A stretch of 64,000 bases of DNA from Octopus vulgaris (taxonomy: Eukaryota): positions 75,082,001 to 75,146,000 of the forward strand of contig OX597823.1 in the NCBI GenBank assembly GCA_951406725.2. Direction: 5' to 3'. This document shows positions 13,730 through 26,467 of this stretch, one piece after another. Each line of letters starts with the position of its first letter. Position 1 is the first letter of the stretch. The notes beneath the pieces were generated by a model. It did not search any database. It was not told the DNA's origin and worked only from the letters and a program-made list of their open reading frames with translations. Both the position numbers and the translations under genes were made by a program.

Positions 13730-14135
13730 AAGGAGTGCCTGTGTGGTAAGTAGCTTGCTTACCAACCACATGGTTCCGGGTTCAGTCCCACTTCGTGACA
13801 TCTTGAGCAAGTGTCTTATACTATAGCCTCGGGCCGACCAAAGCCTTGTGAGTGGATTTGGTATACGGAAACTGAAAGAAACCTGTCGTGTATATGTGTA
13901 TGCATCTGCGTGTGTGTTTATATGGCTGTGTTTGCCCCCCCCAACATCACTTGACAACCGATGCTGGTATGTTTACATCCCCGTTACCTAGCGGTTCGGC
14001 AAAAGAGACTGATAAAATAAGTGCTAGGCTTCCAACGAATAAGTCCTGGGGTTGATTTGCTCGACTAAAGGCGGTGCTCCAACATGCCCACAGTCAAACG
14101 ACTGAAACAAGTGAAAGAGTAAAAGAATAAAGAGA
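13730..14135 (+). mobile_element. tRNA-derived CORE-type SINE, near full length
   Basis: tRNA-like head with B-box GGTTCAGTCCC, CORE-like TCTTGAGCAAGTGTCTT, central (TG)n and an AAAGAGT/AAAGAAT tail; homologous to 57423-57798 and 23955-24662. Confidence 0.85.
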
Positions 14136-14272
14136 GTAATAATGATAACGAATATTGCAATGATGGTAATTCTGATGACAACTGGTATGTTTATGAGGAT
14201 GATGAAAATATATTTCTTAATCGATATTTAATTCAACTAATGAACAAATCCTCTCATTATATGAAACTAACA

Positions 14273-14321
<49 letters not shown>

Positions 14322-14958
14322 ATGCGCGCACACCTATAATGTCCTTACAGCATGGTATTCTGATACTTGCATACGTACATTGTGGCATAAATATGCAAGC
14401 AAATGTACTAAAAATCACAAAGGAGACTAACAATGAAACATATGTTTTATCTTTACTGTTGATAACTTGTTTAACTTTATCACATATTGAACATATAAAA
14501 GTTTTATTGAAATATACCTATTTTAACGAAATATTAGCAGGAAGAACTAGTAATTTAGATTTTCTTTCAGTTATGTACATTTACAATATGAAACAAATCT
14601 TCAAACATCAACACCAAAAATCTGTAAGTAATATTTTACGCGTGACTTTGGGTTCTAGGTGAAAGTGTAAGAAATGGATCTAAAACATTGCTATTTCGAA
14701 AAGATACTTCTCTCTGATTTAAATAGAAAACTAGGGAGACACATACTTTTTTTGCTGGCGGCAAAGTCAGTAGTATGTAATTGACGAGTGCTTTATTAAT
14801 TTCGTGTTTTGAAATGAAATCTTCCATAACTAAAATAAAATATGAAACAAACATTAAAACCAAAATGGAATTGCTTTGCGACAAGTACATTAACGATATG
14901 GCCTAGAGCACTAATAGCAATAAACGAACAACATAAGCAATGTCTACGCTCCTTAATA

Positions 14959-14959
<1 letters not shown>

Positions 14960-14991
<32 letters not shown>

Positions 14992-15050
14992 AACTACTAC
15001 TACTACTACTACCACCACTACTACTAAAACTACTACTACTACTACTACTA
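14960..15050. repeat. (CTA)n microsatellite
   Basis: Read directly. Confidence 0.95.
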
Positions 15051-15855
15051 CTTCTTCTGCTGCTGAGGTTCATGATGTTTCCATCACTACAACAAATACT
15101 TCAACAATAGCAAGAATTTCTCTAATGCGTAAACTTTAGAAATGGATAATATCAAAAGATCATGCAGTTGACAAAAATGCATAAACAGTAAAAAAAGCTT
15201 AAAATATTCTAAGAGAATAGTCTCTTAGAAAAATGAAGTCCGTTTGCAATAACATCGTCAAAGATATGGCCAGGAGTAGTAATAGCAATTAGACCACTAT
15301 ATTACCAAAATCATATAATACTTCAGTTGATACTATTACTACTACTTCTACCATACCACTGTCACCGACATCACCACCATCGGCACCATCACCACCACTA
15401 TCGCTACCACCACCACCAACAACAACAGCCGTTCAAGAATTTGGAGCCTGAGATCTCCATTTCCAGCGACTTCGAGGGCCAACTCCCAGTGGTGTCGGGC
15501 GTCGACGAAGAGCCCTCGATTACAACAAGACGACCAAAGTTTTTTTTCAAAGGTCTGGGGTCTCCCGCCCCTATGTCCTAGACCATCACCTAATCACACT
15601 TATCCGTCTTGTTGCTTAACAACAACAACAACCACCACAAACAACAACACCCCCACTACTACTACTACTACTACTACCAACCAGCTTCTTAGCAGGAAGC
15701 TGAATAACCACTCTACAACATGGCCATCGATCTCAAATCACCTCAAAATCATATTTAGACAATGCAATATCATCCTTACAATTACACAATTTGTATTTCG
15801 AATCGCCGTGTTTGCTACCAATTTTAGATATGTGCCACCTTATAAAAAATCGTAT

Positions 15856-15887
<32 letters not shown>

Positions 15888-16799
15888 TGCATATAAAAGA
15901 TACGAGGAGTTCTCGTCAGGGCGACTCAAAATAATAGGTGTGCGTTGAGTGCTCAAAATTACTATGCATTATTATTATATAGCAAATTTTTTATTATTAT
16001 ATAGCCTTGCCAAAATGTTTGTTTTTTGCTTTCTGTTGTGATATATGCAAGAACCTGGAAGATTAAAGTATCCTATTCTTCACTTAGTTTTATATGTTTA
16101 AACTTTTATCGCCTTCAAATTCGGCTGCTTGCATGCCTTGATCGTACCCGTTCAATCATTATCTATCATTCACACCTATAGTGCGTGCTAGACGCAAAAG
16201 CCGAACTGACAAAAGCTCATTTGGCTTTTTTCATCAACTTCTCCTCTAGTAAAGAACGAATGCTGGACCTTGCGCATTATTGTGGCAGCAACTACAATTC
16301 TAGCAACCGTTTCAGCCTCCTCTGTTCAATCACTCGTAAATACGAGCCTGAGATACAGTGATGTTCCACTAACATGCAGTGTGCACCGGGTAGACGTTCT
16401 TGAGAAGAACAATATTTCAGTATTATCTGCATTAACCCTCATCCCTGCCTATGTGTGTGTACCTGTGCGCGTACACATGTATGTGAATCTATATGTGTAA
16501 GCGCATTTGTGTGTTTCTGTTTGTAAATATAATTAAAGCAAACATGGGATGTGTAGTTAGATGTATTATTTCGGTGCGGTTCTCGTCGTTCCAAATCAGA
16601 TATTTTACAAAAAAAGAAAAAAAAAACGTATATTTGTTAATGTCATTTAAAGAATAACATAAATTTTTTAATCGTCATTCAGCGTAAAACATGTTCATCA
16701 TTTGGATATCATGAAATATTTATGTATAAACGAATTTAAACATAATGGAGATCATAATAATTAATATTATTAAACACAAACGAAAACATCATCTGTTGC

Positions 16800-16896
16800 T
16801 CGACAAAGTCGGCATAGGCGGAATTTGAACACAGCACGTATAGACGGACGAAATGCCGCTAAGCATTAAGCCAGGTATGCTAAAGATTTTTCCACC
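16800..16896 (-). mobile_element. Fragment of the Meta-domain-type SINE
   Basis: AAAGTCGGCATAGGCGGAATTTGAAC...GACGAAATGCCGCTAAGCATT aligns by eye to 29808-29900. Confidence 0.6.
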
Positions 16897-18519
16897 TATT
16901 TATCACACCCATTAATATGGTATCATCATCTCATAATCCCATGGCCACTTTTAAAATTGAAGCTTCATATTTCACACATATATTTCAGGTATCTTAACTT
17001 CTTTCAATTTCCGTTTAGAAACGTGAACGACTCAAAAGCATGTGATTCATTTCACTAATTTTCCTGCTTCAGTCTTACACTCTTAACAAATGCAATTAAA
17101 AAAGACAGATGACACTTCATTCTTGTGAATATCAATCACGTTGTTTAAATATTACGCAAGCAGAGAAACATCCGCAGTGAAATATTTCGTTTCGCACGCA
17201 GATGAATGTAGTTTTAGAACGCCTTTGAAAATGATACACACGCACATGCACACAAATATCTACAGACATACACGCTTAGAATCATGCATGCAAATATACA
17301 GACATATACACGCACACACACACATGCACACTCAAAAACAGGCATACATATATATAGACGCCTATATATTTATATATTGATAGTGAAATAAACTGCAGCG
17401 TGTGATTCAAGTTACCCATCATAGTCTTGATTGTGAGAAGATATGATCATAACAGAATGATCACTAATTTACGCTCATTTCCCAAGATAATGCTTATATC
17501 TTAAACATTCATAATAGAAGGACTAATGTAGTAATAAACTATATAATAGAAGTTTAGTGAAGACTGAAGAATAATACGTAGTATGTCACATGAAAATATT
17601 TTGTTATAAACATTTTATAACACAATGTATATTGAAATTCAAAATATATATAATGTATTTTAAAACGCACTGACACATATCTTGTTTGCTAATTGTTTTA
17701 TCAAAATATAGGGATTATCCTTAAGGAATTTGACAGCTTCCGTTTCTACGAAATCCAGTCATTGCGGAATATAAGTGACTGAGTAGTAATTATAGTAAAT
17801 CACTGATTAGTATTTGCCTGAGCTAAATAGAGAAGCTTGCAGTAATAGAAAATTTGAAGATAAAAATATTACGATTTCTAACTATGGGTTTTAGAATGTA
17901 TTGAATATTTTCGAGCGTATAACATGCAATACGTTAACTGACACTTGTCTCTTGCATTTCTGAATGAACAATAAATAGCGATACTGTTTTTGGTTATCGC
18001 ACGTTTTCTGTAGGTCTGTCAGAGACACACACAAAAAGCAGAACCTATTCCTGTACATCGAATCTTGTTGTCTGTTAGGGCCTTATTAGAAGGTTTGTTT
18101 GCAGTGTATGCGCACCACTAAAGATATAACTGATGGAATCTTCCATTTTCTATTTACTTTCGTGTTCCGCATTCTTTCACATTAGCTCGCGCAATACCTA
18201 TTCTGTACAAGAATGATGAACCAACTACAATATTTTATGAGACACAAATATGTAAACTCGGATATCATTAACATTTTGTTTCAACCACACGGCTATCTAC
18301 AATCTTCAACTAGTTTATATTTCTTTCACGAAGTGTTCGCCGCTTCGACTGGATAAAAAATTGGACAACAATTAATCCAGTGGAATGGTAAAGCATTATG
18401 TGATTCAAGCACGAGTCTAAAACATGTTCGTGTATTTAATGTGGTTAAAAACATGTTGCTGCTATATATCATTTTATGTAAATTTTCTCTTATTTAAATG
18501 CAGCAATTTATAATTGATA

Positions 18520-18640
18520 TTCTATAATATAATGCAATGGCAACCGTTTGGAACACTAGTGTTAAAAGAGGTTTCTCGTCCCTCCACAGTATTGCGACAA
18601 ATATTGTAATCAATAACTTTTGAATGAAGTTGTTTACACA
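18520..18640 (+). mobile_element. Possible hAT transposase C-terminal dimerisation remnant
   Basis: Translation NTSVKRGFSSLHSIATN resembles the hAT motif (S/T)..ER.FS.L..I. Confidence 0.35.
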
Positions 18641-18960
18641 TTGTAATCAATATTACTTTGTTGCTCTTATTTTTGGTGTTAATACTACTAACAGATCCCC
18701 ATTAACAGCAGAAAATTATATTTAGTTTTCTGCTAAAATTCGTCGCCAATAACAAAGAGGAAGTTCGACAAAATACTAGTTCGTGCTTTCTGAAAAACAT
18801 AACAGAGGAATGTCAAAGAGATATAGAATTCACAAAAGCTTAAATCTAAAAAATATTCTCGAGTCTAAAAGCATCATATTTTACATTGCAGTAATGAAAT
18901 CACATTATTATATACTTATATGCAAGCGTACAAAGTACATACACGCAAACAGGCGTATGT

Positions 18961-19018
<58 letters not shown>

Positions 19019-19041
19019 TTGTATGTGTGTCAGTGTGTGTA

Positions 19042-19077
<36 letters not shown>

Positions 19078-19850
19078 AAAATTGTATATATACATACATA
19101 TATAACTATGTATATTAGTGTATGCATGATAAATATTTGTTATTCTGACATAAAATAGATTAGCTGTTCGTTTTAAGTTAATTATCAAGGAAATTTGTAG
19201 GAATTGATTGATTTGAAAATGAGCAGGTCTGACGATTAAAATATAGAGCTGAAAGAATCCAATTAGAAAGGAGGTTAAATCTAAAATTAATAAAAAAGAA
19301 AAACATGTATATGAAAACAAGGATTGTAATTTTTTTTCAGTTTGTTTACAATATTTGACTTCTCGACTTCAGAACACTGTATTAATATCATTACAGAGCC
19401 CCATATATATTCCACTCAACAAAGAAACTCAGGGTTCATATGACCAAAAATAACCAATAAAAACCATCACAGTGTTAAACAATGTTAAGCTAGACATTAT
19501 GGCTACATGTTAAAATGTTTACATTGTGAAGGTATAATGAAGAGAAGAGAAGAACATTTCAAATATAAAACTTCTGTGATCCTGGACATTCGATTTTATG
19601 TTGCTCTACTTTTTTTGTGGGCGTTGTAGTTAAAAAGTTCAACAGAAAATCAAAGTCTATTTCAAAGCACAAAATACAATACACTAGAACTGTATGAATG
19701 CGCGTGTAATCTCGGCATTAAATCAAAGATCTCACAGAAAAGGCTATTAAACAATAAAGAAAAAAATATTTCACTCCACATACGCATTACAGAAATGTAT
19801 ACACATATATAGTAGTAAGTATGTGTATATACATATACATATACATACAA

Positions 19851-20000
<150 letters not shown>

Positions 20001-20583
20001 GTATAGATGTCTCTGTGTGTGTATGTGTGGGTACCTATATATACCCATATGTATAAATGTAAGAATTGTATATATACATACACATACATATAGACACATA
20101 TATAAATATATGTGTGTGTGCGTGTGTAATGTTCATGTATACATACGTGTATGAATACATTCAAAGACGCTCACATACTTACACACACTCACGCATAAGC
20201 ACACACACATATAAGTAAAGCAACATGGACAGACAATCATATATATCATAATATGTCATTTATGTGAAGTATATTATTGTTAACGTTTGTTAGTAGTAAT
20301 TCTGCAAGAAAAATGTCTCAATGCACATGTTAACAACTGAAGAATATTTCTGGAGTTATAATATGCACTTTATTTATAATTTACCAGTTATTTCGGCGTC
20401 TCTCTCTAATGATGTATACGTTTCCCAATAGAAAAGAAAATTCAATCAACGTTTGATGGTATGATAGTGTGCACTTGAATATTACTTCGAGTTGTATCTC
20501 TAACGCTAGACAACATTTCAATATATTATAGAAGAGAAATTTTAGAGGGAAAATGATAGATAATTTGATAGGAATATGCATTC

Positions 20584-20614
<31 letters not shown>

Positions 20615-20719
20615 TGTATGTATGTATGTATGTATGTATGCATGCATGTATGTATGTACGTACGTATGTATGTATGTATACATATATTGTATATACTTTC
20701 GAGTGCTACTGGTAACATG

Positions 20720-21218
20720 TAACACAATATAACTTGTTTCATGGTCGGGTCGTCGGCGACTAAACCGGCAACACCACCAAGCTTGCTTGGTGAGGAGGAT
20801 GCTTATTGGACACCCTGCGGGATGAAATCCGAAACCCGTCAAAGGGTCAACGGCTATTCAATAAATGTCTTAAGGCTGTATCATCGCGGGGACGGAGAAA
20901 TAATCAGACTGAATACCCGATGGCGCGGTTAAACTCATTGGGAATGAAGGACTCCTAGCCTTTGTTAGGGCATCCTTCTAGTAGAAGGTAACTCAGGTAA
21001 CTGGGATAACTCCGAGATAAAACCTGCGGCTCAGTGGTTACCGATGCTGTTGACTTGTACTTCTTTTCGGATTATGGCTGGTGTTGCTTAGTGAGTGAGA
21101 TTCACTCAGTGCACAGCCTTTCGTCACTTAAAAAAAATCTTTTTGCACAGGCATTGCACGATAACAACTTTGATTAAGCTTCGAGCAATGGCCATACTCG
21201 ATAACGAGGGAGCAGCCA

Positions 21219-21220
<2 letters not shown>
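20720..21220 (+). mobile_element. GC-richer repeat resembling an RTE-clade LINE 5'-UTR or non-autonomous derivative
   Basis: Contains AGGGCATCCTTCTAGTAGAAGGTAACTC...TAAAACC, similar to the conserved RTE 5'-UTR motif; sharp GC step against the flanking (TATG)n and (TA)n. Confidence 0.45.
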
Positions 21221-21275
<55 letters not shown>

Positions 21276-21519
21276 TGTGTTGTGTGTATATATATATGTA
21301 TATGTATATATGTGCGTGAGTATATATGCATATACATTTATATAGATACACACACAACAAACACATGGACACACACTCACACGCGCACACACATACATAC
21401 ACACATACAAACACATGTAAAAAAAGGATAAAACTTCCTTCCCGAACTTTAGGCTCATAGCGATGGCTTACCCGATTCTGTAGTGTTTTTATGCAACCCA
21501 TCTTGGACATAACGCTGTG

Positions 21520-21625
21520 TTAGGGTTACACCTTTTTGCGATCTGACTGGACTGGGGCAACGTGAAATAAAGTGTCTTGCTCAGACACCCAGTCGAGGAA
21601 TCGAAATCACAAATTTACGATCATC
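21520..21625 (-). mobile_element. Decayed tRNA-SINE fragment
   Basis: Minus strand has a B-box-like TTTCGATTCC followed by TGAGCAAGACACTTTATTTCACGTTGCCCC. Confidence 0.5.
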
Positions 21626-24198
21626 TTTGCATCAGTCCAACCTCTGAATATACATATCTTGGGTGTGACTAAAATTTACATCCGAAAGTGAGTCCTGCTT
21701 CTGGATTTCCAGGAATCGGAATTGTGAGGAATCACCGTGCACCCACTAATGTTCCAATATCTACTTCGACCCAGTGTAGTGTCAAAGGTCAGGGTCATGA
21801 CTGAAAGTAGATTAACATGTCAAGAAAGCATCCCCGCATGGTTATTCAGATAGCTTAAATAACTCCAATTAACACAAGATTTGTGGCTGATCTCCTAAGA
21901 AGTAGCATATGTTACAAATCATGAACTCTGATGGCTACTGGGTTTGTAATACTGCTTTCTACAGAGTTTGAAGAATAGAAGAGTAGAACTGTGCTGCACA
22001 AACCATGCCCAGGATAATCCTTTCCACCTTTCTTCTATAGGCACAGGGCCTGACTGTTTTGGATCCGTAGGCTATAGAAACGCGATATGCGTGCTTAGTC
22101 TTCCCCGTGTATATGGAAGAGTACTTTGCCGTAATTTCCAATTTTAAAGAATTATTTACAATTCTGAAACATACATAATGCATAAATTATTAACAATGAA
22201 TCGTGCGACGCATATTTCCTATTATTACTTTACTACAATATTAATTCAGAAAAACTTAACACCGAGCAGGTGAAGTGACCCGCTGGCAATCAGAATGTGT
22301 TTCAAAGTATTTTAAGAAAAAGACAAACTAATATTGAAAAGCAATTTAATGTTTATTATTATGAAAAATAAATAGTCGACTCTCCAAAAGAATTTTTGAA
22401 CACATTGATATTTTCAGGAATGCATATGAATGTAAATACAAGCGAAAAGACTTACGGTTTGCCACGAATCCTTATTTCGCCTAAGCTATGCTACTCAACT
22501 ATATTCATAATAGATGTATTAATGTCGCATTTTGTTAAAGACCAGATTCCTGCTGGATGCCCTAAGTATAAGAATTGTTATGTTTTTTGTAAAAATGTTA
22601 CCGTTACAAATATGTCTGAGATATATTGGTTAACTTATGAATGACATTCACTGCATTTTTTCATGGAGATAAAAGATCTCAAAGAGAAAAAAGAGCAAAC
22701 GCACCAACACAGTTTTCCCCGTTTTCTTCTATAGCAACAATTTTTCTCCATGACAAAGTACAGTGAACGGGCTTCCTACTAGTTCCAATAGGTCTCAAAT
22801 ATATTTGAACTGGTAAATCACTGCTTAGAGACTCTAAACACGTCTTTTACTGTTTTAGTATGAAGCCTCAAAAATTCTGTGATGTGAGTGGACGTCAATA
22901 CAAATTTGATACGAATCGGTCAAGGAGTTAAGAGAACATCATTAATAACATATAAAAGTCCTCATGTATTGTAATACATGTGATAAAACATACGGATGTG
23001 AGGCTGTGTGTGAGCATGTATACGGAAACGGTGTTTAAGTCTAAATTCACAGGGCGCTCTCTTTCTTAAAAGCTGGCATATTTTTCCATTCCTGCATTAT
23101 ATCATTTTCTTTTTGCCAAACTTTATTTACGGACATTTCACTTGTAAATTAAAATTTTGGTGATGTGAACTTTTCCACTATTTTTCAGTTTTTGTGAAAA
23201 TAATATATCATGTAAACATTATGTTCGAAATGATCGAATAAAACACTCAGCTAGTCTAAAACCCTTAACTCGATTTCTAATGCTTAAACTAAAATGTTTA
23301 CTTGCATAATTGTATGTGTGTGTGCACGCACATGTGTGCATTTGCTCTGGTTGTCTGCGTAGGTAAGTAATAAAAAAACGTTATTGAAAGGGATGCCTCC
23401 TGCGTATCATTGATTGATACCGTTACTAATGAAAAATATATTCCGCATGACGATAATTTCATTTTGAAATATATGGATTCATAAAGTATACTATTTACGA
23501 GACAAATCCAAATGGAAATGGGAAGTAGATCAGAGTTTCTGATAGGAGGAAATTTATGCATGGTGAGTGGCGCCTGTCTCTCACATAATTTTTTCGTTTA
23601 ATCGAAAAATTCAAAAGGCTAATCTATACATTCTCCTGCAAAGCACCAACGATCTGCATGTTAAAATTCTCCTTGCGCTAATTCTTTCGTATTTCGATGA
23701 TCAATAGAATTAGAGATTACTATGAGAGCAAGTCTCTGGTCTATAGTATTTTTCTTATTTCTTGAATACCTTCCGCCTTGTTGTTATTCATTTAAAAAGG
23801 AAAACACATACTCCAAACTGAACTAAATTCAACTAGCTTTATAGTGTTAACGAATTTTCTTCAGTAGTGAAATACACTTGTTTTCTTTAGGTCAACCACA
23901 TCTGCACACGCGCACACACATATATATGTATATGAATACATATATATCATTACACCGCGGCCATGTTGGAGCACCGACTTAAAGCATTTTTAGTCCAATG
24001 TATCGAACACAGTACTTATTCTATCAATCAATTTTAGTGAACTGATAAGTTACGTGGATAAGCACACCTGTACCGATTATCAAACGGTACGGAAGAACAA
24101 ACTCAGACACTAGTTACATTATATACATTGGACGGATATTTGTCCTCATCTTGTTTGTTGTTAATACAACGTTTCGGCTGATATGCACTTCAGCCCAC

Positions 24199-24271
24199 GG
24201 GCATAATGCGTAGTGGTTAAGAGCACGGGCTACTAACGCTAAGATTCCGAGTTCGACTCCAGGTAGCCACC
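24199..24271 (+). promoter_or_regulatory. tRNA-Arg(ACG)-like module with Pol III A and B boxes; not a functional tRNA
   Basis: A-box ATGCGTAGTGG at 24206-24216 (TGGCGTAGTGG in the 34.5-kb copy) and B-box GAGTTCGACTCC at 24249-24260. GGGC...TGG.TAA...CTAC...AGATTCC..GTTCGACTCC.GG follows eukaryotic tRNA-Arg(ACG); stems are imperfect. Confidence 0.75.
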
Positions 24272-24345
24272 TGAGTAATAATACTAATAATAACAACATT
24301 GAACATTACCTTAGGAATTAGTACCCAGTTTCGAAATTTCCCCAA

Positions 24346-24391
24346 GACACCTGAAGAAAGCTGGCGGGTATATCAGCCGAAACGTTGTGTT
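24346..24391 (+). ncRNA. Minimal type-I hammerhead ribozyme
   Basis: Stem I GACAC/GTGTT; core CTGAAGA at 24351-24357 plus an extra A; stem II GCTGG/TCAGC; GAAA at 24379-24382; palindromic stem III AACGTT; GUU cleavage triplet. Activity untested. Confidence 0.75.
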
Positions 24392-24661
24392 AACAACAAA
24401 CGGGATGAGGACAAATATCCATCGAATGTAAATAATGTACATAATCCCTCATCTATTAAATATAGAACAGTAACCGCAGGTACAATGGCACATATTCATA
24501 GATATATACAGATATACGACAAGCTTCTTTCCGTTTCCTTCTGTCAAATAAACTCACAAGTCGTTGTTTGGCTCGATGCTTCAGTAATAGACATTTGCCG
24601 AAGTTGCCACACAATAGGACTGACTCCGAACTATGTGGTTGGGAGGCAATCGCCTTACCAC

Positions 24662-24690
<29 letters not shown>

Positions 24691-24692
<2 letters not shown>

Positions 24693-24910
24693 GTGTGAAC
24701 AAGAGAGTCAGAGCAAGGCAGAAACAAGGAAAATGCCACTTATATTTGAACACTATACAAATATTCCGTTAAAAAAACATTTCTGTTAATTTTTCTAAAT
24801 TTACTTATTTAATCGTTACAGTTGAAAAGGTCTCAAAATGACTGAAACCGGTACTGAAATTTTCTTTATAAAATTATTTTAGCATTTTCTGTTTCGACTT
24901 ATTTTATCAT
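24691..24910 (+). mobile_element. Short (TA)n-flanked repeat with a degenerate minimal hammerhead
   Basis: 24819-24856 reads cag-TTGAAAA-ggtc(tcaaaat)gact-GAAA-CCGG-TA-ctg; two core transitions from CTGANGA. Confidence 0.55.
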
Positions 24911-24920
24911 ATATATATAT

Positions 24921-25160
24921 AAAGTTAATCCAAACAAGAAAGCACAAAAAAGCACAAAAAACACAACAACACGAGGACGTGGAACAAATGTAGTATTATT
25001 GGACGCTCAGGAAAGAAGGAAAGAAGGAGGGCTTAACGTTTCGAGCGGAGCTCTTCGTCGGAAACATTGGAGAAGGAAACATCCAGAGAAGGGAAGACAG
25101 AGGAAAAAAATCGCCAACGGTACACACGCGGTCACATTTTGAATGACCGGAAGGAAATAT
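24921..25160 (-). mobile_element. Short TA-flanked repeat with a minimal hammerhead (U4C core variant)
   Basis: Minus strand 25065-25031 reads gttt-CCGACGA-a-gagc(tcc)gctc-GAAA-CG-TT-aagc. Confidence 0.65.
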
Positions 25161-26253
25161 ATACAGATAAATGTATGTATGTGTGTGTGCGTGTGTCTGT
25201 GTGTATTTATACATTTATAATTATACAAACATATACATATATAAAAAAAAGATCCATGTACAGCACGTACAAGAAAAGTGCAGAAGCCAGAATTCAGTCG
25301 ACTGCTGAAGAACGTCCTCCTACATTTTGCTTATAGTACAAATGAAAGTATATATATACAAATCGAAGGTAATATCATTCAAATCAGATACATATATAAT
25401 TAGATTGCCGTTGTCAAAGAAGCCAATGCAGCTCTATTATTCTCTTAAATCTTAGTCTTTTCACGATATCTTTTGTTAAAAAAGTCAGGAGAAATCTACA
25501 AGTTTAAACAAAAAAAATTCTTATTTCAATACGAGTCAACAAGTTCTTGCAGAAAATTTTTATGTGAATACGATCCTTCAGATGAAGATGAGAAACTGAC
25601 GAATGGGGAAATTTATATTCTCTTCGTATATAATGCTTGTCTGGATATATATAAAATTTTTCCCGAAAAGGGTTCTTGTCGATTGATTCATATTTACTTA
25701 TAGAGGTCAAAGAACAGCATTCTCATGGTTTCACCAGCTATAAGGAATAATACTAAGTTAAAATATAAAAAAATGTAATACCGAACAAGCAAAATGCGCA
25801 TCAAATTTATTGATATTCGAACCGAACCACTGAATTGTAATTACAGAATTCTGAAATAGCTTTGAAAAGCCACACGAAGTGATTGTTTAAAATTCTATTT
25901 TGTATCACACCGAGATGCTAAATAACAAATTATAAAAATCGGCATATATACATTCAGCCTATATTTTCTCATCATGTTGAGCCCCAGGCAAAAAACAAAA
26001 TTATTTTGCGAAACTAATGGTATGATACGAGTTCACGAAAAATACAGTAACTTGAAAATGTTCTTATGAACAAAACAAAGGTCATTATGAAACTGTGAGA
26101 AAGAAAATATAACACCTTATTATGCCGTATACAGTTCAGATGAAAACTTACTTAGATATCTCAGTTTACGTTTCACCCTACAACACTGCATCTCTCTGTC
26201 TTTCTCTGTTCTCACCCTCTCTCTCTCTCTCTCTGTGTTCTATATCTCACTTG

Positions 26254-26317
<64 letters not shown>

Positions 26318-26425
26318 GCAGAGAGAAAGACAGATATATAGATAAACAGGTAGAGAGAGACAGGGAGTTTGAAGTGTTATACATATATTGTATATTTAGA
26401 ATAAAAAGGTAGTCAGAACGCTGGA

Positions 26426-26464
<39 letters not shown>

Positions 26465-26467
26465 AAT

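Larger units (their letters stand above)
24114..24468 (+). mobile_element. tRNA-head/hammerhead PLE-derived short element with a 5' inverted partial copy
   Basis: 24114-24195 is the reverse complement of ~24360-24440. 24196-24468 comprises the tRNA-like head, (AAT)n, hammerhead and tail ...CCTCATCTATTAAATATAGAAC. Confidence 0.85.
23955..24662 (-). mobile_element. Older CORE-type SINE copy split by an insertion
   Basis: 23955-24110 matches the SINE 3' half and 24515-24662 the 5' half (reverse complement of 13730-14100); the hammerhead element lies between them. Confidence 0.75.

Noticed and set aside
22020-22150. Splice-acceptor-like CTTTCTTCTATAG followed by a short open frame
   Set aside because: Looks like the reverse end of a SINE; peptide not recognisable.
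24199-24271. Functional tRNA gene
   Set aside because: Acceptor and anticodon stems are disrupted, no T-run terminator follows, and it is part of a dispersed repeat.
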